A DNA stretch of 64,000 bases from the human T2T-CHM13v2.0 reference genome, Homo sapiens. The DNA is taken from NCBI RefSeq assembly GCF_009914755.1, contig NC_060926.1; one strand, 5' to 3'. A program made the position numbers and the translations under genes. Below are positions 43,233 through 55,965 of the stretch, piece by piece. A model generated the notes under the pieces. It did no database searches. It was not told the origin of the DNA and worked only from the letters and a program-made list of their open reading frames with translations. Within the stretch, counting starts at the first letter, position 1. Each line of letters begins with the position of its first letter.

Positions 43233-43429
43233 GATGGCGCTTTTTAATATTTTCAACAAGCTAAACAATAAATCATATACTTCATTTTAATTCACGTCTT
43301 TACTTATTATTGAGGTCAAGCTTCTTTTTATACATTTACTAGCTATTTGATATTCTCTTTTAAGAAATTGCCTACTTGTTTTGTTTGACCATTACCGACA
43401 ATATTCTCTTCTTAATATCTTGCAGTGAG

Positions 43430-44110
43430 ACCCACTAACGTTTATTGAACTCCTACAGTGGGCCAGACTCTGGTAGCTCTTACGTATATAAAAGGTGTAA
43501 GTGCTCCCCTGGGGACTTAGAATCAAGTGAAGAAATCAGATGGGATGATAAATTACTATAATAAAATGTGTTCAGCATAAGAATAAGGGTCTACACAAAG
43601 CCAGCATTGTCCCTGCTGGAGAACCAGGGGTGAGCAGGAAGAGGGTATCAGGGATGATTTCACAGAGAAGGAGACCTTACAGATGGGTTTTAAATGATGG
43701 GTGAAATTTCACTCAGTAGAGATTCAATGGAAGGCACTAGGTCCAGAGAGAGTAACACTAGAAAGAACCCCAAGACATGTGAACACAATTATTATTCAGA
43801 ATATAAATAATGACTGGCTTAGATCACAAAGTTTCTGTTGAAAGAAAATGGTAAGAAATGAGTCTGGATAAGGAGACCAATTTATATACAAGTGCTTGCC
43901 TGCCATTCTTGAGAATCTGTATTTTATCTTTCAGCCAAAGGAGCAGTACTATTTATAAAGGATCACTCCAGTAGTAGAGACAAATGGCTTTGAAAGGGGA
44001 CAAAAGGAGCAATGCCTGAGATTGGGAAAGTGGTAAGTAGACTATAGCAGCAATCCTGATGAGGGAGTATGAGAGCCTAAAATAGCATAATATCAATAGA
44101 ATCAAGAGAA
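43430..44110. mobile_element. L2 LINE fragment
   Basis: tttattgaactcctacagtgggccagactc...aaaggatcactccag motifs. Confidence 0.65.
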
Positions 44111-46819
44111 CTTGGTCACAGAAAGCATGTGATTAATCCTTTCATCTTTCTACAACTAGTCACACTGGATATTCATCTCTGTGGCAGCATTTATTGCATT
44201 GTAATGAAATCATGCATGTTGTCTACCAGCCCACCCCACTAAAATGTGACGCTTTCCAACTCTTAGACCTGTAGTTGACCAAAACGTTGTTTCACCAAAA
44301 AATAAACTTTCAGGTTTCCTCACTTTCCTTGTGTTCACATTTTATGCTGCAACAAACTCAGTATTTATTAATCTAAAGTCTTTTTTTAAAAAAACTTAGC
44401 CTCTATAACATTCTAATGCCTTAGTGCAAACTGTTTTATTTTGATATGGAAGAATCCAGTGATTACAGTAATTTGAAATGATGGTGACTTAATTAAGAGT
44501 GTGAAGCAATCCATTAACTATAATTTGTAAAAGGAGCCATATGTTTTTCACTCTTTTAGGTATACCATTGGACTTGCATTTTCAAAAAGTAAACCTGCTA
44601 ATTTTTGCTTCAACTGAGGATATCATTAACAATATCACCAGTAGCACACATGTGTACCTTATTACAGATCTTCATATACTATAATTAATAGTGAGTTTTA
44701 TTCGTATTTGGATGCCTGAATTGTTTAGACTTGTATTTAGGTTTCAAGCCCTTTATTTGTGCTGTCAAACGTTTAGTCCTCAAGGGCTTGAGAGCACAGA
44801 GGTGAACACTGCCTAAGACCTAACATCTCACCTCCTCCTGTGTGATGGCTTCTTAATATGTGGTTCAGGAATTATGAATGGAGAAAAACAACAGAGGGGT
44901 CAAAGATGAGGCTAGATTTCTGGTTTGTGTAACTGGCTTTCCTGGGAAACCAAAAACATGACAGAATACCCAGAAATGCATGTTTTTCATTTTGTGAGTA
45001 CTATAATTTTTTTTCTCTGGTTTTTGTTTTCTTTGTTTTGTTTTTAACCCAAAACTATTTTTCTGCCCTCTAATCTCATCCTCCTCCAGGAACAATTCAT
45101 ACCAGTACTACCAAAGACCCTTTCACCCAAAGCTGTATTTCACAGAGGAAGAACAATTACATAGGATATAAACGGACTGAGATGTAAGAGACACCACTCG
45201 AATATTCTGTGGTTATGCAGCAGGGCAAGAACATCACACCTGGTGGAGGTAGAGTCAGTACTGGGAGGATACCCTGGAGATGGCAAAGCAAACAAGAGGA
45301 AGTGCAAGGTGAGTCTGCAATACAGGCAGCGGCTGTAACTCGAGCTCAACCAGCTCAACAACGTTTAAGGAAACATGAAACTGGGGCAATCCACTGTGTA
45401 AAGAGGACAAGGGCAGCTGGCTCAGGGCAAACATAAGCATGTGGGTGGAGAGCCTGCCCAGAGTGTATTCCAGGGACACCAATGTGCAACAACAGCAAGT
45501 CAAGTCACTGGGGGAAGTAATTCATGGGCCAAGTGTTCTGTAACAGTTGGTGACATATTTTATGCAAATGTATCTGTGAATTATAACTTCAGACACTCTT
45601 GAAATAGAGTTGTTTTTTTTTTTTGGCAGAAATTAGGTTTTGTAGGGGGAGGGGAGAGTATTTGTTTTGGGCTTTTTCCAACTCAGGACTTGGGAGATTT
45701 GCACGTTAAAAGGCTTTCAGAAAAGTCCAATTATTTACATAACTACAGAACTGAAAATATATTTCAAATGTTACTTAGTCCAGGCTGCTGACCAGAAAAA
45801 GAGGAACCTTAAGCAATTTAAAACTAGCAGTTGTCTATTTAAGCTACTAAGGATCTCTAGTGATACAGATTCACCCACCACTTCTGCTGACCTGTTCTCA
45901 CATTTATACTAGAATTACAAGTGAATGCTGTTTTCTCTTTCCTTCGGCCTAAACCAGCACAATTTTGTTCAAATCCATTTCCATTGTTTAGTCCTCTGTG
46001 GACCAGACTACCACTGCCAGTTTTCCTTAGTCCAAATTCTTTTTTCTGTTTGTCAGCTCATATTTTTCTGTCCTACTTTTCCTGCTTACAAATGCAATGC
46101 TATCAAGATTTTTCCCTTTATACAATTCTGGACTGCCTGATCTACAGACACTAGTGAGAGACATTTTTTAAGCCACTAGATAACAAAAACCTATCAAGAA
46201 TTTTATGAAGTTCTTGTCCATGCAATTTCCAAGGCATGATGGGAAATTAGCAAGTCAGACAAAGGCAACAGGGAAGGTGAGGGGGTCACTGAAAGTGCAG
46301 TGATGCTGCTGCTGGGATGAACAGACCAGGATGACTGTAACACATTTTTGGAACTAGCCTTTGGAAGAGCATTAGCCAGCTGAAGTGATAGTGGGTAAAA
46401 TAAACAGAGCGGGGGCTATTAGAGGAAGGAGGCTGAATGTCAGACCAGTTGCAAAGAACGAGGATTGGAACATTTTTAGCTCAGTGAAGACAGCACTCTT
46501 TCTCTTAGGCAGATAAAGATAATTGAAGAGGATGCTAACCATATGGATTTTATTTCCACTGAAGACATAAAAAAATTAATTTATGTCAGCAGAGAAAGGA
46601 TATTCATTAAACTTAAGGGAGAAATTTTCTGCTCAGGAAAAGTTATTAAACAGTTAAATGGAATTTTGAAAAAGAGAAAAAATATGACATTGCATTAGCT
46701 TATACAGACTTCTTTGAAACACAGGAGAGATTATCCTATGTGAAAGGGTGTGGAGGATATACAGTTAGTTATTATTTTATAAATAAAAAAGAAGGAATTA
46801 CAAGTGAAGAGTCTGGCCT

Positions 46820-47040
46820 CAGGATTTACGCAGCTATGATTCAAATGTCAGGTTTGTGAATTTCTAGTGCGTGAATTGGGGAAAATTTTAAAAATCTTTC
46901 TGGGCCTTAATTTTCTCACCTATCAAATGAGAAAAAAGTCACCTACTTTTTAGGGTTGTAGAGTAGACCAAATGAATTAATAGCACAAAGAGCTGAAAAT
47001 AGTGCCTGACACACTGTGAGAGCCATTTAAGATTTTGCTA
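46820..47040. mobile_element. MIR fragment
   Basis: tctttctgggccttaattttctcacctatcaaatgag...atagtgcctgacaca. Confidence 0.75.
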
Positions 47041-48015
47041 TTGTTGTTGATGTTGTCAGTTGGCAGGAAAAATTCCAATGATACACTGCCAGAAATGACA
47101 GCTAGAGACAAAGAATGATTATATTTTCTGTAGGTTAAATGTAGACAATTACGTATTTATTCTTGTCTTTTCCTTCCTATTTCCCTTTTTGGCTTAAGCC
47201 CAGAGCCAGAAGTCAAGCAATGTATGTTCCTGTCCTGTCTTCTACTAACCAGATGTGTGATTTTTTAAATTTTAAACCAACAGTTCTCAATGTCCTCATT
47301 GTTTCAAATTCTGTTAACTCTTCTCTGTGTCTGTCTGTCTCTCTCTCTCAATTTACTTTAATCACAAATACTCTTTTTCTCTCCCATCATCTTTTCTCCT
47401 ATCTCCTGTTCCTCTCTTCTGGTCTTCTGTCTCATTTTCTAAATTATCAAACAGCTCAAGCTTCCCAGCTTCCCTGAGGCTTGAGCATCTTTCCATCCTC
47501 CACCTCCTATGGGCAGAAGACACTCAGAATTGTGTATTTGGCTCCAGTTCAAATTGTTATTGTCTCTGTTTAGGATACAAATAAGGATTTTGTCCAGGAT
47601 GGATAATGTCTTGGGTCGAGGAGAAGGAAGGTGCCCATCATTCTTCTTTATTGCCAAGAACCTCTGGGAACATGAACAGCTCCCAGCTAACAGCAGGAGA
47701 GGAGCACCATTCCCAGAAGATTTATTCTAACTCCTGAAGCTCTACCTATGTCTGTACTTTTATGAAGGAAATCAATATATAGAGTCATAGAATAACAATG
47801 GATAAACTTCAAGTGAAAAAAAAATATTTAAATATCATTTGAAGTCAAAAAATACATTGTGATAGAAGAAAGACATATTTTAATCCAACCATTTTTAACT
47901 TAAATAAAGGGTGAACAGGACAGAGGAAAAGAAAATGAATGTCTAATATATTATAAAATATATGTAATGATATTAACTGAAAAATGGAGCACGTTTTTAA
48001 ACTTACAAGTTACCA

Positions 48016-49430
48016 TTTGAAAAAAACTACTTTAAATTTCATATGGAACCAAAACAGAGCCCGTACAGCCAAGAAAATCCCAAGCAAAAAGAACAAAGCT
48101 GGAGGCATCAAGCTACCTGACTTCAAACTATACTACAAAGCTACAGTAAACAAAACAGCATGGTACTGGTACCAAAACAGATATATAGACCAATGGAACA
48201 GAACAGAGACCTCAGAAATAATGCCACACATCTACAACCATCTGATCTTTGACAAACCTGACAAAAACAAGCAATGGGGAAAGGATTCCCTATTTAATAA
48301 ACCATAAAGATCCTTGAAGAAAACCTAGACAATATCATTCAGGACACAGACATGGGCAAAGATTTCATGACTAAAACACCAAAAGCAATGGCAACAAAAG
48401 CCAAAATTGACATATGGGGTCTAATTAAACTAAAGAGGTTCTGCACAGCAAAACAAACTACCATCAGAGTGACAGGCAACCTGCAGAATGGGAGAAAATT
48501 TTTGAAATCTATCCATCTGACAAAGGGCTAATATCCAGAATCTATAAGGAACTTAAACAAACTTACAAGAACAAAACAACCCCATCAAGAAGTGAGTGAA
48601 GGATATGAACAGACACTTTTCAAAAGAAGACATATATGTAGCCAACAAATATGTGAAAAATAGCTCATCATCACTGGTCATTAGAGAAATGCAAATCAAA
48701 ACCACAATGAGATACCATGTCATAGCAGTTAGAATGACGATCATTAAAAAGTCAGGAAACAACAGATGCTGGAGAGGATGTGGAGAAAAAGAAACGCTTT
48801 TACACCTTTGGTGGGAGTTTAAATTAGTTCAGCCATTGTAGAAGACAGTGTGGTGATTTCTCAAGGATCTAGAAACAGAGGTACCATTTGACCCAGCAAT
48901 CTCATTACTGGGTATATACCCAAAGGATTATAAATCATTCTACTATAAAGACACATGCACATATATGTTTATTGCAGCACTATGCACAATTGCAAAGACT
49001 TGAAACCAACCCAAATGCCCATCAATGATAGACTGGATAAAGAAAATGTGGCACATATATACCATGGAATACTATGCAGTCATAAAAAAGGATGAGTTCA
49101 TGTCCTTTGCAGGGACATGGATGAAGCTGGAAACCATTGTTCTCAGCAAAATAACACAGGAACAGAAAACCAAGCCCTGCATGATCTCACTAATAATTGG
49201 GAGTTAAATAATAAGAACACATGGACACAGGGAGGGGAACAGCACACACTGGGGCCTGTCAGGGGGTGGGGGTCTAGGGGAGGGATATCATTAGGAGAAA
49301 TACCTAATATAGATGACGGATTGATAGGTGCAGCAAACCACCATGGCACGTGTATACCTATATAACAAACCTACGTGCTCTGCCCGTGTATCCCGGAACT
49401 TAAAGTATAATTTAAAAAAATAAATAAATA
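48016..49430 (+). mobile_element. 5'-truncated L1PA (ORF2 C-terminal part plus 3'UTR), non-coding remnant
   Basis: Broken ORF2 peptides ([32 protein letters not shown]; [13 protein letters not shown]; WIKKMWHIYTMEYY) and L1 3'UTR with A-tail. Confidence 0.96.
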
Positions 49431-49489
49431 TCAAAAGCAAATATGTGTATAGGTTCCCTAACTTTTCTGATAAAAGAGGTTTCTGGGAT

Positions 49490-49787
<298 letters not shown>

Positions 49788-51349
49788 TTATTTCCTAGAA
49801 AGTTGGCAGAACTTTTTAAATAGACATTCATAAATGTATACTCTTACACATTTCACTGTGCTTTTGAGTAGTGAAATACAATATGTAACTTCCTATATTT
49901 AGAATGTTTTCAATTCAGTAAATTAAACATTTAACATTTGTAGCATCACGTATAATTTTAAATAAATAATTACATTATTTGCTGGAAAATAAATCAATTT
50001 TTCACCAAAGTTAAAGAGCTTAAGCTGTATAGTGGTTTCTTCCATACAACAACTATAGTCATATGCTGCCATGCCAGCTATTTCCCTAAGGAGAGCCCAG
50101 GCATGCTTAATTATAGAGGAACACCATTACTTAGAAGAAAAAACATGAGTCTTTAATTTCCTTGTCTCCGCTGGACGGGGCTGTGGATTCTGCTGAATCT
50201 AGCAATGTCTGAGTAACACTTAAGCCTAGCTGTTTCCATATACGGGCCAGGTGTTGCGAGGTCCCAAACAACAGTACCTCCTAAGCTCTCATCAGTTGTG
50301 TTTCCATCATGGATTAGAACCCACACAGAATTCATTATGTCTATAATTAAATGAAGAAAGCCCTTCTGATGTCAGGATATTAGTGAAGCAACTGTTCGTC
50401 TTGGCAGCTCCGCTTTTAACTTTTGGATTGCCAGATCCCTCCTGGGAACCAACCTAAGAAAGCACTATTTGATGTAGCAGTTGTTCCTGCAGTGTGGTGT
50501 CAGTGCATTTCTAATTACAGTCCAGACAGTTTTGAGCGTGAGTAACTAGACAAGAGGCCAGGTCAGCACTTTGGCTTGCCAGGTCAGACTTATTTTCCTC
50601 CCACTTCTTTCCAATAATAGTTTCTCATATATACCTGAAATAGTACAGGGCATTCATCTTTCCAACTCTAAGAACCACTCCTAAGTTCAATTTCAAGCTA
50701 TGTGTTGGGAAGCCAAACACGCTTAGCCAAAAAGAGGCACTATCTTCTCATTACGACATTTCAATTAAGTGCCCACTGTACCATCATCTAGATTTTCAGC
50801 AGAACCATACTCTAACTCAGCAACTCTCATTATTTATGTGACTGAGCTAGTTCTTTATATTTGTGCTGACTCACCACAGAGGTTGATATTTTCAATAATT
50901 TTATCATCCAAACTCTGAAAGAGATGAAAACTTTGTGTTGCTTGTTTTCCAAAATAATAAGTTTTTCATCAAAAGGACAAAAATTTGTTGTAATATTATT
51001 TAGTTGCAATATTTTGGGGCTTTACTGCTGGTTATGATAGAGTAGAATCAACCCATCAAGTAGAATATGAAAAGAAGGTTAACAAAGGAAGCAAATAAAC
51101 AAGCGTTATGAAAACAAAGAGTGATGAATTCTGACAAGCTATTCCATTTTCTTTATTATCATGACAGTAGGAAGCAGCACTAAATGTAAGAGTCTGCCAC
51201 AACCCTCAAATCTGAATGCTTTATTATAAGTCAGCCATTTAAAATAGTACCAACCTGAAAACTAGTGAACAAACAGCCCAGCATCCCTTTGATAAGCGAA
51301 ATATACAAGTTGTGTCATACAATGGACAGGGCTGCCTGCTAAGGTATTG

Positions 51350-51545
51350 GGCATACTTGGACCCAAATCCCAGCTCTGCCATTTACGAGCTACTGAACTT
51401 TTAGCAAGTGATCTCTTCTAACTCACAGTTTTCTCACTGATAAAATCGATATTTTATAAAATTATCAAGTAGGACTATGGTAAGACTATATAAGATAAGG
51501 TAGACAAAGTACACTGCATAATGCCTTTCACTCGAAAAACACTAA
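51350..51545. mobile_element. MIR fragment
   Basis: caaatcccagctctgccatttac...cacagttttctcactgataaaat. Confidence 0.75.
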
Positions 51546-52214
51546 ATAGTAATTTTAATAAAAACTACTGTGATTTTTAACAGAATGATTTTAAATTATT
51601 CTCAACTTCAAGAGGTGCTTATGACCTTACCTTTAAGGAGAGGCATCTAGTCCATTTTCTGAAATAACTTAATGTATAATATTTTGGGGGAAAATCATGT
51701 ATATTTGCAGATTTAGAAAATACTATGAGAGTTATGGTTGAACTACCTGGTAATGCCTTTTCCAATATCCAATTACTCATTCAAGTATTTACTGAACTCT
51801 TACAAAATACTCATCATTCAATTACTTAACAATTCCAGCAGTTGAGTTGTTCTAATTGGAAAACTTACATTGCCTGATTGTGTTGGTAGGATTTGTGCTC
51901 CGTGGATGCAAGTGTAAAATAAGAACCTATGTTTTATTTCTAAACATTATAAAGAACATAAAAGTGGAAAATGATTCAAATTCAAACACTGTATACAGTG
52001 TTTAAAACAGAGTACTTTCTCTGCTTACTTTTAAAATTATTCATAAATAGGTCTGCTCTCTGGAATACTCCTTGGATATATGTTACAAATATTTGACTTT
52101 TATACTCAACATTTTTCAATATAGATTTCCATTAAGGATTACTTTGTAACTAAGCTTTTTTGTATATTCAGTGCATTGGTATTCACTGAACAGCATTTCT
52201 GTTTTAATTTGAAA

Positions 52215-52460
52215 GGTTTTTTTTTTTAAGTTGAGGGAGAGTTTACATACAGTAAAGCATATACATTTTACGTATATAGTTCAGTGAATCTTTACAAATG
52301 TAACCACCACCCATATCATGCCCAATGCTCCATTGTTTTGTCCTCTTCTAGTCAAGACCACTAAAAGGTACCTTTATCCCAACCTCTATCATCATAGATT
52401 AGTTGTATCTGTTTTAAACTTCATATAAACAGAATTATATCGTATGCACTCATATAATTG
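52215..52460 (-). mobile_element. L1M 3' end fragment
   Basis: tttacatacagtaaagcatatacatttta...tgtaaccaccaccca. Confidence 0.7.
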
Positions 52461-54359
52461 CTGCCTTAAAGCACTTATTTTATTTGTTTAAATTTTACCC
52501 AAGCGGAATAAGGGAAACAATGTCCTCTTTACTTAGCTTGTCATAAAATCCATATTTTAAAGCATAATAATAAGAGAACTCTACCAAATCTGATGCATAC
52601 TTCTGGGCATAAATGATCTAAAATACATTTAAAATGACCCCAAAGTAGATGTAAAGAAATATGATTCACATTTTTATAATACTATTAGCATTCACAACGT
52701 CCTACAGCAATCTACCTGCTACCATTTAATATCTCCCACAAATTTTTAAGCTTTGAAAGAGTGTGTATCTATTATCTACTCGCAAACAATCTGTGAAGTA
52801 GGCTGGCATTAGTTCACAATATATTAGTAGTCTGATTAGGTGGTTTCCCAATTCGCAACCTTAGAAAATGAAACAGAACATTGATGGTGTTATTTTACTT
52901 TTAACATATATTAAGATGTAAAGTCCCACCTGGAATTTAGTTCTTCAGATTCCAAACCATGTTCTGTTTACACACAAAATACAAATAATCATGTGGCAAG
53001 AAAGGAATCTGAGAGAGCATGGTACTCATTCCAGTATTCAAGTAGAACTACATGGAATCCATGCTCAGGAGAAAAAACAAAAAGCCTTGCAATTTTCTGA
53101 ACAGCTCTAAAGCAACTGGCCAAAATTTTGTTTTCCAAAGCTAATTAGAACATTTTAAGATTTACGTATTCAGCAAAGGCCGTGTAAATTTACCTATTCC
53201 TATACTTATGAATAATGAATAAAAGAAAAGGAACTGGGCCACAAAATTATAGAGAAGTACACAACAAAAAAAGTATAAGATTTTTGCATACTGTTTTTTA
53301 ATAAACCAAAAAACTTTAAAAAATATAAAAATAATTTATTCTGAATTACATCAAATAGCTTATATACTTTTTGAGAGCACAGTTTGCACAGCAACTTCTA
53401 ATAGGTTTATTAACCCTGTAATAAAATGAAACCTGAATATCTATTGTAAGGCCTAATTTTCAGTACATATTTATAGGAGTTAATTCTGCAACCAGTGTAG
53501 CTGAGGAAGGAGTATAGAATGTGGTCAACGACTATTTTCAGGTACTAATGTGTCTCAGAGCCCTGGTTTTCATAATGTAGCTAAGAATGACAGAAATATT
53601 ATACAGTGCCAGTTCTTTCTATAGTCAATCAGGATAACTATACTTTTAGTAATCAATTTAATTCACATTTAATGATATCCAAAACTGAACATATCAGTGA
53701 CATGTATACATATATATATATATACACAATTTTATGCTGAAAAATATAACCTACTTATGATAACTAAAATAACAGCTTGCTTGAACTTTTAAAGCCAAAT
53801 ATATTACCTATCTTATCTGCAGCATATGTGTAAATAACTTTAATGTATAAGAGAGTCTCAAAGACAAGTTATAAATTCAATAAATCTTTTTTATACTAAA
53901 ACTATTAAAACTTTTCCTATTTGATAGACAATGTACTATAAACTTCAAAGTAAATGGTATCTTCAATAAGCTATTAATATAGTAAAAATCACTGCTTAAA
54001 TATAAAATTGGGATGGAATACAGGTATTAGTTTATGTGGAAAGTGAAAGCATAGTTTCTACATATACTTTTGTGTTAAGTGCTTGCTAAATCACAAAATT
54101 CTCAGAATGTGATTTTTTAACATATTTTGAGTAACAGCTAGACATGGGTAACATTAGAACACAGCTGCATGCAACAGAAACAGAGGCTCGTTGTCTTTAT
54201 AAACTGAAACTTTAGGCAGGTAATGGATCATTATTATACTAAAATTCCTTTTAGACAAGAAGAAGTTCTATACATTTAAATTTTGCTTGAAAGTACCCCT
54301 AAAGAAAATAGTGTCGGTGGAAATAGTCAGTGAGGTAATAGTAACAAAAGTAACACGTG

Positions 54360-54570
54360 GACACTTACAAAATGCTTACTATGTGCCAGGCACTAATCTA
54401 AGAGATTCACATGAAGTCACCTGCTTCATTTTCTTAAGAGCACTAAGAAGTAAGCAGTATTCTCATCCCAATTTCACAGATAACACAATTGAGGAATAGA
54501 AAGTTTGAGTTTGCCACTTGAAACCAGGCAGTCTGGCCCAAGAGTCTGTATAATTTAACCTCTGCACTAC
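54360..54570. mobile_element. MIR fragment
   Basis: aatgcttactatgtgccaggcacta...ctcatcccaatttcacagat...aaaccaggcagtctggcccaagag. Confidence 0.8.
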
Positions 54571-54997
54571 AACTGCATCTCAGAATAGGAAAACAAAATC
54601 TCAAAATAATATATTTGACTTTATTTGTGGCATTTTGGAATAGTAACTCAGTTTTTATTATTACCTCATAGTCAAAATAAACTTTTTAATAAACAGATGC
54701 CTTTCACTGTCATACTTTAAGAGTTTCCCAGAATGCTTCCTCTAGATCAAAACTATTGATGAGTTTCTGTGACTCAGAGCCTTCTCAATACAGGTGATCC
54801 ACCTTTTCCTACAATGGCAGACTTCAAACAAAACTCTGGCAAAATCTCTGAATCATTTTTAACCACTATCTACTTATATAATAACTACTTAAATGAAAAC
54901 AATCTTACAAAGATTACAAGCACCTACAAAATATTTTCCTTTATTGTAGTAGTTACAATGTTGATTCAAACAACAAATATATTTTGTCACTAGAACA

Positions 54998-55062
54998 TGT
55001 ACTTGGGGGTATACTATAAAGTATGGCACTGTACTTGGGGTATGCTATAAAGTGTGGCACTG
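54998..55062. repeat. Tandem duplication of about 32 bp x2
   Basis: tgtacttgggggtatactataaagtatggcac / tgtacttggggtatgctataaagtgtggcac. Confidence 0.9.
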
Positions 55063-55329
55063 CCACTGGGTTCCAAAGACCCATAAATTCAATGGGTGTA
55101 TCTGCAGGAAACCACAGTACAATCCACATAAAGGGTTCAGGTAATGCTTTTCATAGGTAGAACCAAAGTGTTCTGAACAATCAATGGCCTTACATTTCAA
55201 CACCTAACCAAACCCATGATGACTTTAACTTCCTTCAAGAAAGAATTGTATTTTTCCCCTAGTTTAATCTACAGCTTACTGTGGGTGCTTAACAAATGAT
55301 GTTGACTGACAAACAGAAAATGTTTCCTC

Positions 55330-55965
55330 TTTCTCCCTGGCCCCCTTTCAATCTGTTCTCTACACTGTAGCTAGAGTGACATTTTGGAAATATAAATGTG
55401 ATAATGCCATCTTCCTCCCTACCATCCACACTACACTCTTTGCATTACTATTTTATCACTTTTACAGTAAAGACAAAAATACTTGACATGGTCCAGAAGG
55501 TTGTGCACTGCCTGACCCCACTCCTCTCAAGTAGGGAGTTAGAGCTCCATGCTTAAGGCATTCTCTCAGTGGCACATGCTGTGCCATCTCCTGCATCAGA
55601 ATTCTGTTCCTCTGGGCTTTACCTGATTAATACTTTTCCTCTGCCTTAATTTGGTTAATTCTTTCTCACTTTTTCAGATTTCAGTTTAATAATCACTTTT
55701 TATTACGTCAGCTGACACTATTTTAAGTTTTCATAGTATCATGCACCCATCCTTCAAAATACATACCACAGTTTTAAGCTTCATTTTTTTAAAGTCAATA
55801 TGCCTTCTCACTAGAATATGAGGTCTATGAAAGTAATAATTATTTCTGCACTACCATTTTATTGCTTAAGCCTAGTACTCTGGTACACAAAACAATCAGT
55901 ACTTGCTGAATAAAGAAATTAATAAACAAATGAATGAATGAACAAATGAATGAATGAGTGAATGT
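55330..55965. mobile_element. L2 LINE 3' portion
   Basis: caatctgttctctacactgtagctagagtgac... ending in an (AATG)n tail typical of L2. Confidence 0.75.

Noticed and set aside
45130-45520. Purine/GC-richer block with overlapping short ORFs
   Set aside because: Looks like a degraded LTR-type repeat that I cannot assign; no coding evidence.
47984-49365. ORFs resembling reverse-transcriptase protein pieces
   Set aside because: Broken fragments of a truncated L1 ORF2, not a functional gene or novel retroelement.
50153-50335. 60-aa minus-strand ORF as a hidden NRXN1 exon or micropeptide
   Set aside because: No resemblance to neurexin domains, no convincing splice sites, and a length expected by chance.
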